Assembly (NCBI GenBank): GCA_040954595.2
Contig: CM082589.2
Location: 4,478,213-4,542,212, forward strand
DNA: 64,000 bases
Direction: 5' to 3'
Source of the DNA: Balanoglossus misakiensis
Taxonomy: Eukaryota; Animalia; Hemichordata
The position numbers were made by a program, and so were the translations under genes. The notes below the pieces were generated by a model that made no database searches, was not told the DNA's origin, and saw nothing but the letters and a program-made list of their open reading frames with translations. Of this stretch, positions 56,545 through 64,000 are shown piece after piece. The stretch's first letter is position 1. Every line of letters starts with the position of its first letter.

Positions 56545-57779
56545 CGACATCATCAAGGTTCTTAAATAGGATTTTATACATGGGCGAGATCATCGAGGTT
56601 CTTAAATAGGATTTTATACATGGGCGACATCATCAAGGTTCTTAAATAGGATTTTATACATGGGCAAGGTTCTTAAGGGAGCATTCGTTTTTTACAGGGA
56701 GGGGGGGCCGGTGGAAATCAGGGGGGGGGTTTACTTTTACAAAGCAGTTTTTAGGGGGGGACAAATTTTATAATCAAGGGATTATTATATAGGGACTGAA
56801 AGGGGGGGGACTTGAAAACTTTTACGGCTAAATATTTATTTTGAGTCCACAAAAATGCAGTTTCGCGTCCTTTATTTTACAAAATTTTCTAATGTGGGAG
56901 GGGGACACCCCCTCCCACACCCACCCCCTCCATTCATCAACACCTTTCAATCATTGACTGGTTTATCTAGTGTCCCAGGTCAGGGGACTTGCCCCCACCC
57001 CATGATAACTTTGAGCGGCGACGTTAATTTGCTTTTGCTGGGTTCATTAAAATGCAGCTTTGAGCTCTGTATTTTATAAAATTTTCTTACGTGGGAGGGG
57101 GACACCCCCTCCCAAACCCACCCCCTTCAATTCTCGGTTTACAATGTCTCCCAACACAGAATACAAATACTTAAAAAATAAAAACAATGTTCAGTAGACA
57201 TGTAAATGAACAGACATAAATTGACAACAGAGAAAAAGATGCTGAAAAAAGACAAACTGAAAATAGTTGAAGCGCACATTGGCCCGGAAACTGTGTCAAA
57301 CAACTCTGGAAAGTCTCAGAGTAAACCATGAGAGGGACAAAGAGGAGGATGAGCAGGAGGATGAAGAGGATGACTTGGACGAGGACAGTGAACCAGAAGA
57401 TGAACATGTAGTGATAGGTGAACTAGGTGATTCAGCGGAAAGTGACTCAGAAAGTGATAGCGGCGACATTGAAAATGAACTCTTTCACGTAACAAGATCA
57501 GGCAGACAATGCACTACTTGGAAATCAAGGAACTAGGTTTCATGGTTGATTATGTGGTATGTCGAACATACACCAATATCTGACAAAGTTTGATAAGTTT
57601 AATCCGGTGGATAAACTTTTTTTTTGGGGGGGGGGGTCACATTTTAGAAAAGCAATTTCCAGGGGGGGTTGCCTTTTACATTTAGTCGGCGATTCAAATT
57701 CCACCGCCCCCCCCCCCTCCCTGTAAAAAACGAATGCTCCCTAAATAGGATTTTATACATGGGCGACATCATCAAGGTT
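56545..57779. repeat. Intronic 40-bp minisatellite (~4.4 units), interrupted by a MITE at 56677-57741
   Basis: Unit CGACATCATCAAGGTTCTTAAATAGGATTTTATACATGGG at 56545, 56585 and 56625. The fourth unit is split by the insertion and resumes at 57742-57763. A partial unit follows at 57764-57779. Confidence 0.92.
56677..57741. mobile_element. Non-autonomous PIF/Harbinger-type element (1065 bp) in a tetraspanin intron
   Basis: TIR GGGAGCATTCGTTTTTTACAGGGAGGGGGGG..CGGTGGAA at both ends. TAA TSD at 56674-56676 and 57742-57744; the uninterrupted minisatellite units show the empty site (TTCT-TAA-ATAGG). Confidence 0.92.
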
Positions 57780-57927
57780 GATCAGGCACATGTATTTTGG
57801 CCTCATCACAGGACAGCTTCTGCTCGTGCTGCTGTTGCCAACAAGTGAACGACTGCGAAGCATCGAGCTTCTCCCTTGACTTCGTGAACGTAATTTTATA
57901 CAGGTTCAAGGCAGAGCGCATACTCAC

Positions 57928-58402
57928 CCATGTAATCAACAATTGCCTTGTTAATCCAATTGCCAACTATCCTCTGTCCCTCGGACCTGTAGAAGTACGC
58001 CAACACCACCAACACTATCTCGGCCAGTATGATCACACTCAGCACGATGCAGAACGACTTGAGGAGGCACGTGTTCTCCCTCAGGGCGCCCAGGCAGCCG
58101 GCGGTCGACAGGAGAAAGATGAAAGCCCCCAGAATGATGATGAGCCACATCGGGTCGATGAACCCGCCGGTGATGCCCTCGATGCCGGCGCTCTTGCTGA
58201 TCAGCCCGTATATGCCGAAGGCGAGCAGGGCCGATCCGACCAGCCAGAAGAGCAAGTTGTAGAAGAAGACGCTGTATTTGACGCACGAGTTGACCCTGCC
58301 GACACTGCGGCGCTGGTCGCGCTTCTCCCGGCTCTCCAGCCTCGGCAGTGTTCGCCGGCGGGCCGGAGCGCGACCCTGGTGGTGGTCGGGGTACCGGGCC
58401 AT
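57928..58402 (-). CDS. Tetraspanin (TspanC8), coding exon 1: basic N-terminal tail, TM1-TM3, start of large extracellular loop
   Basis: ATG at 58402, 9 nt after the acceptor ttttcctttcag (58412). Encodes MARYPDHH...VNSCVKYSVFFYNLLFWLVG...DPMWLIIILG..FLLSTAGCLGALRENTCLLKSF...LAEIV...AIVDYM. Donor gtgagt at 57927-57922. The three exons sum to 882 bp = 293 aa plus stop. Confidence 0.95.
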
Positions 58403-60942
58403 GTCAGGATACTGAAAGGAAAAACAACCACAATGCAACTGAATGATCGAGCGGAGATTCACACTTTCGTAAACATTCTCACATCTCCAAGGGAGCCTTC
58501 AGTAATTACAGGGGATGGGCCAGGGAATCACTGTGTGGGTCACTATTACTTACAGTTCCAGGGTGCTCTGAATCCCCCGGCCCACCCCCTTATAATTACC
58601 AAGGCTCCCCAACTCCAGCGTGTGTGGCTGTGAACGCCTGGCGACCGTCTAAAAAGTAAATTAACTTTGCCTTATGCAACCTTGTGAAGTCACTGGATTC
58701 CGCCGACAAGGTTGGTTTCCAAGGTAGCAAAACTAGAACCACCAGCAACGGGTACTTCGTTTCTTTGTCTCGTACATGTGGCCGTCTGTGTATAAAAATT
58801 ACACTCGGCTGGGAAACTCCAAAAACGCAATTTGCATATCGACAGTACCAAAAACAGCTGATTGAGCTCCAGAGCAAATATGGCGTCGTATTACGTCTGC
58901 ATCGAATACTATATTTTCTGTTCGCATTAATCGAATCTTCCATTTTTCTTCCGGAGAAACTCAACGGTTCATTACACACCACGCTGGTAGTCGATGTACT
59001 CGTTCATGTAATGTTTACCTCATCCGGTTTCAGTAACGATGACGTTAAAGGAAGGGGAACAATATTACATAATCAGCAGGCGAAGAAAAACAAAAATACA
59101 CAGCGGGTTTTAAAGAAGAGAAATACATCGGCGACTACGAAAGGTCACTTCAGGGACAGCGCAAGGTCGCAGTCCGCGTGGGGAATGGACGCCCATGGCG
59201 TGGAGTGTGTGGCCTTTAGTCTCACGTGTCATGCAATATTTGCTGTTTAGTACATATATGCATGTCCCACTTAAAACGCGATATGTAAACAAGCCGTACG
59301 ACCACGCCCGTATCAGTCACTCCGGACGTCGACCTTTCCTTGAGAATTGCAAGGAAGCAAAGATGATTTTAGCGCATACAACACGTAGGACTGTATTCAT
59401 TTGTGGGATTATGAAATAAATGTCAGGAATTGAATTATAGCCACTAATCCAACCATCACCCGTAATCAGCCTGAGGGATCTATAATATAATCTTATAAGC
59501 TAGTAATCGCAAAGCCGGGACCAGCCCGTCAATAGATGCTACTTCTATAGCCATTTTCAGAATATCAGAACAAATTTCCAGCTAGGTGCGTTTTGAGATG
59601 ACCATTTTCCGTAAATGATGAGCTGTTTTCAAAATTCTCTTCATCAAGCTAAAGAGGACTGTCCTTCCCAGCATGGGGGTATATTTTGGAGATTAACTCG
59701 GTATTGTTGACAATCACAATGATTATGTCAAGAATCAGTCATTTACCACGTGCACGTTGTGATTCGTGATATTCGCTATACTCAGCCTGGCCAGGCGTCA
59801 TCGATGACCACGCCCACGTATTTTATATAATGGTTGTGCGCGCATGGCAAAAAATCCTTGATATTATGGATTGCATGGTTAAATTGGAGAAAAATGACTG
59901 CAATTTTAAAAACTGAAGAAACGATATGACCCCTGTGAGCTGGGTTTCCCCTAGGGCAGTTGTAATGCGGAGTCTATCTTTGACGTATATTAATCATAAA
60001 ATTTCGCATACAGTGAGTTTCCTGTGAAAATAATACCCTATTTTTTTATTTTAACCTCTAAACGTGTAACAGAAGTTGCAATAACAATAACAGCAATAAT
60101 ACTCATACAGGGAGGATAGCGATTGTTGAAATGCACATACACACATACGTCACAACCTGTGCGCAAAAATGTTTACCGCATTTCAAAGTAAAGAAAGAGA
60201 TTAATTCGAAATCCGGTACACTCACGGATATTGGGAACGTACTTTAACATGCTGTGACTCATTCAATGTGTTCATTGTATACTCTCCGTCAGATCATAAA
60301 TTTAATCCCATATCACTGTCAAAACGCGGAACTGCCAGTCTGAATAATATCGATAGACATCAGTGGTACAGGGTTATCATAGCCGCAAAAAAAACGAGGC
60401 CATTTTGCCGTTTTAAGATATTTTCGCTGGCTTTACGCTCAATCGAAAATTTTCTCGGGAGCAGTAGCGTACTGAAAATGGTAGGAAACGGACCGCCTTA
60501 CCGCTGCAATAAATTTCCTTAATATTAAGACGAGCAGACATCACGATTTCCGGATTATCGATATTTGAGTATTTTGACCTACCAAGCACATAAATCAGAT
60601 ACTGTGTGTGCGTTTGTGGCGTTGATGTTGATGAATCGGTTTGGGGCGAAAAAGCAAACCAGACAAACAGACAGAAGGGCAGAAAGACATCATGAGCATA
60701 GACTGTGCTACATGTATGTATTTCTGGTACAATTTCTAATTAGACAGGTATTTTTACAGCCTAGTGTTTGCACTATTCACATTCGCAGAGCTGAGCGGTT
60801 AAACATTGACGGGCTTGCAATAATTTACCGGATGAGAGGAACCACTGCGTTCAAATCAATGGTTTACAAATTGGGTTTAACCGTTTAGCCAAATTCAACC
60901 GTGAGATAACCCGTCCGAGAGGACTCAACTGAAAATACTGAC

Positions 60943-61012
60943 CTGTTGTCTTGATCCGACGCAAGTCGAGTGTTCGCCGATCTGGTACGGTTCGGCGTAG
61001 TCTGGTATATAA
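60943..61012 (-). promoter_or_regulatory. Possible TATA box and short non-coding first exon of the tetraspanin gene
   Basis: Minus-strand TATATA at 61011-61006, then a CAG|GTCAGT donor at 60943/60942. The acceptor at 58412 implies an upstream exon exists. This placement is speculative. Confidence 0.25.
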
Positions 61013-62552
61013 CCAGGATTGTGGTTACAATATGAGGTGTCGTTCATAACAGGCGTGTTTTCGTCTCTACCGCGCTATATAGAAACAAACAGGCGAGTTG
61101 TTCTCTCTATGTATAGTATACAATACGGAATATCCAGTCTCGCTATTTTTCGTGTGTCATCTGTAAAGCTGTCGTCGGTGTATTCCCGCTGTTGATATAC
61201 AACGTACGAGTTCTGTCTTCACAGGAAACCGAAGCAACCTCAGTGGCCGTTTCCTTTCTACTGACTATGCATCGAAGTAGGCGTTCACGATCTGACCGCA
61301 CAGCACATATATAATAAACGTCATAATTCGTAAAGTGACCGATCTGTATTTGCTCAGTGCGCACCTGTGTTTATCCTGTTAAAACTTCTGTAATCAGCGC
61401 GGCCTCGCTTGTATACTGACGTATGCCGGGCTAAGACACATGAAAGTGGTTCAAATGAGCTGCCCAGAGGCGAAGTCCGAATAATAGACTGGCAAATGCT
61501 CCAGTCGTCCCGGACTAAAATTAATCCATGAATATTTTATTGCGCATATTCCTCTTATCTTCCGGCGTTGTAGAGTGACACCTCAAGGTTCAACACGTAC
61601 GTGCGCGTGACGTTCGAGCCATGCAAAACAAAAACAGCGCACCTCTCCGGTGAGAGGCACCTTAATAACCCTGTAACCATGTCAATGCTTACGTAAGACG
61701 CTCGCTGCAAATGATGGGCGTTGGTGTGATGCTCGAGAAACAGTCATGCGTCGTCGAACACCCAAGGTGGAACAATAATAGGCCTAAATAATCAAACGCA
61801 TGTAATAAAATGGCGTCGCATGTCGCCTTAATTCGAGAAATTGCTATTTGATAATTACTCAATGTTAGTTGCCTAGTTTTAGGGAATGTGCGACACGTTA
61901 AATAGATTTGTCACACACACATGAGAAATAATTTCACCTGGATCCTTTTCGATGTGTTTGTCTGACAGTGCCAAGGGCGCATGCTCAAAGGGTGTTCGTG
62001 ACTCAAAGGCTATATCACGTGTGTACTTTATTTGCAAGTACATGTGAAAAATGAGTTTTAGTGAATCATTAACCTTACCCCATCAATGGTATTTACGCAC
62101 ACTCAACATTTGGTCACAATATTGAAGTAGTAACAATCCCGGATGAAATGTGATAACATTGATATTTACAAGGTTTGTCGACGTCATTTTGTTGTTGATA
62201 TTGTTGTCGCATGGCACATTCTCCGATAAATATTAACAGCCATTGACCTCATACTCACCAGTGTCAAATATCAACAAAGCGTTTAGTGTCGCGTCCTTCG
62301 AATTGAACCGATTTATAGACCACACCTTGGACTTAATTAGGAAAAATACGACACATAAAAAACTGTCATGTAGGTCTTATGGCCATCATGCAATTGCGAA
62401 TTACAGTCACACATAATATGTTGCGTAATGTTAAATTTGTACGCGTTTAACGACCATTTCCCGAGTTTATGAAATCTCGCGTGGGTAGGTATTATACTCA
62501 GGACATGCAACACACAGCACACAAAACAATCAAGGAACGAAAGAGTGACTGT

Positions 62553-62621
62553 AAGAAAGAAAGAAAGTAAGTAAGAAAGAAATAAAGAAATAAAGAAAGA
62601 AAGAAAGAAAGAAAGAAAGAA
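62553..62621. repeat. (GAAA)n microsatellite
   Basis: Directly visible. It lies immediately downstream (minus strand) of ncRNA candidate 1. Confidence 0.9.
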
Positions 62622-62622
62622 C

Positions 62623-62757
62623 AAAAGAGTGAGTGTCGAATTGGCCTGGTGGGGTACCCCACGACACTGCCCCGATCTTGGAACAGTGTCGCTTACGGAG
62701 AGAAAGTCACACGCTTCTGGCTCATATGAATGAAGTCCACCACGCCACGGCTCACCC
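62623..62757 (-). ncRNA. Candidate Pol III structured small RNA, copy 1 (131 nt + U4), family unassigned
   Basis: 5' GGGTGAG pairs with 3' CTCACTC, followed directly by TTTT. Second stem TGGCGTGGTGG/CCACCAGGCCA. 12-bp internal hairpin CGACACTGTTCC/GGGGCAGTGTCG. Shares 20-, 15- and 14-nt identical blocks with copy 2. Confidence 0.65.
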
Positions 62758-63297
62758 TGAACAGATTGGAACAGAAACTCGGCTATGAATGTGTGTCAGT
62801 CTGATGAAACTGTTGTGCAATACCTGTCAGCTAACTTTAGCCGCTGGAGGGCGCTGATGAAACTGGCAGCAACAGTTGTGCAATCTCTGCCAATTTGACA
62901 TTCTGGACGCTTGAGGGCGGGATTCATCTGGCAGTGTGAGTTCATTGACCCCAGTCATGGTGTTGAGCGAGTAAACCTCGAAATTTGTGCATGATATCAG
63001 GACAGTTTACAATTGTCCCATCGCCAGGCGTTGATGCCTCCAATAATGATTCTTGGAACTTTGCTTCCAATATTAGGCACCTCTGATTCTCTATTGACGT
63101 GATTTTAAATACATGTTTTTACTCACTAACTGTTAACGTTTTAACTTATCTAGTCATCTTGGCCACAATAACAAACTTAAGTTCAAAATTGACAAGAAAG
63201 TGTTTCGATCATTTAAAATAAAAAAATGAAACGAAAAAAAAAACGCTCCAAGGGAGCAAGAAAAATGAAACCATTTTCAGAAAAAAGGAAAAACTGT

Positions 63298-63430
63298 AAA
63301 AGGTGAGTGTCGAATTAGCGAAGTGGGGGACCTCAGGTCTCCGCGAGTTGCGATCGCGGATCCCCGTACGAGGTAAACAGTCACACGCTTCTGTCTCGTG
63401 AGAGTAGAGCCCACCACGCCACGGCTCACC
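63298..63430 (-). ncRNA. Candidate Pol III structured small RNA, copy 2 (129 nt + U4), family unassigned
   Basis: 5' GGTGAG pairs with 3' CTCACC, followed by TTTT and further T runs. Second stem TGGCGTGGTGGG/CCCACTTCGCTA. Internal arm ACCTC..GG.TCCGCGA/TCGCGGA..CC.GAGGT. TATA-like ATAAATA at about -31 to -25 (63461-63455). Confidence 0.65.
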
Positions 63431-63925
63431 TGCAAACAGGCGACGCAATTCTACTATTTATCCCTGCAGAGCGACAATAGCTATTGTGTTCTTGGAGTTG
63501 TGCAATCTTCGCCATGTGAGGTGAACACTATTTGGCCACGAGAGGGCGATGCACGCGTTGCCGGATCGGGCTGGTGACTAACACGCGATTTACTCATAGA
63601 TGATTTATTTGTTTGACATTTCCTTGTACGAAAATGATTATCCTGGGAGGTCATAGGGGTGATAACGCTCGGTAATTAATTCCACCCACGCGGCATTTTG
63701 GCAAGGCTGGGGCTTCACAGTATCGATCAAAAGGCAGAAGATTGATGCCAAATAAAGGATTTACTCTCTTAAAGAATCTTCATCTACTTACCAGTTTATC
63801 AGGAAATAAGGCACATCTTCCAAGCCGGCGAGGAACAGAACAGCTCACACGGGCAAGTCCAAATTAGTAGCTACGCCGCAACACGACGTGCGGGCTTTTT
63901 ATATGGGGAAAATAATGAATGCACC

Positions 63926-64000
63926 ACACCTGGTCACGCAAATATTCAAATTACGAAAGTAAGCGAAAACACACCTGGTCACAAAACAACAGCAAACTTC
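63926..64000 (+). repeat. Dispersed repeat, copy 2 (homologous to 54825-54901), runs off the end of the window
   Basis: Two CACCTGGTCAC motifs with nearly the same spacing and intervening similarity as at 54825. Confidence 0.65.

Noticed and set aside
56545-56676. 40-bp repeats as a possible CRISPR array
   Set aside because: Head-to-tail units with no spacers; this is a minisatellite.
57797-58633. 278-aa plus-strand ORF and other overlapping ORFs
   Set aside because: Antisense and off-frame shadows of the GC-rich tetraspanin exon.
58684-59250. 188-aa plus-strand ORF upstream of the tetraspanin
   Set aside because: GTG start, no recognisable domain, and it probably lies in the tetraspanin's 5' intron; likely chance.
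62854-62885. CTGATGA-AACTG-gcagcaa-CAGTT as a hammerhead ribozyme
   Set aside because: The stem II-like hairpin is followed by GTGC instead of the required GAAA, and no stems I or III are evident.
62623-63430. Reading the ncRNA pair as tRNAs (with or without intron) or as poly(A)-tailed SINEs
   Set aside because: There is no T-stem around TTCGA and no anticodon arm. The A-rich tracts lie 5' on the plus strand (T-runs 3' on the minus strand), the opposite of a SINE tail, and I see no TSDs.

Overview
AT-rich, gene-poor eukaryotic (animal) genomic DNA. The repeat landscape and gene type suggest a marine invertebrate, possibly a hemichordate or echinoderm-like deuterostome; this taxon call is inference only. 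One protein-coding gene is well supported: a minus-strand TspanC8-subfamily tetraspanin with three coding exons (58402-57928, 56482-56392, 56127-55812; 293 aa). Mobile DNA comprises a 1.6-kb foldback element (30962-32561) with 525-bp TIRs, TACGG..CCGTA ends and a 6-bp TSD (IS3EU-like), and three PIF/Harbinger-type MITEs with TWA TSDs, one inserted into an intronic 40-bp minisatellite. A 2.25-kb CCTG/TCTG array (5945-8195) explains all the very long ORFs in the track, which are artefacts. The most interesting signal is a pair of diverged ~130-nt minus-strand units (62623-62757 and 63298-63430). They look like paralogous RNA polymerase III ncRNA genes: terminal stem, T4 terminator, invariant sequence blocks, structure-preserving variation and shared upstream motifs. 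I cannot assign them to a known family. No recognisable protein-coding sequence was found in the first ~55 kb.
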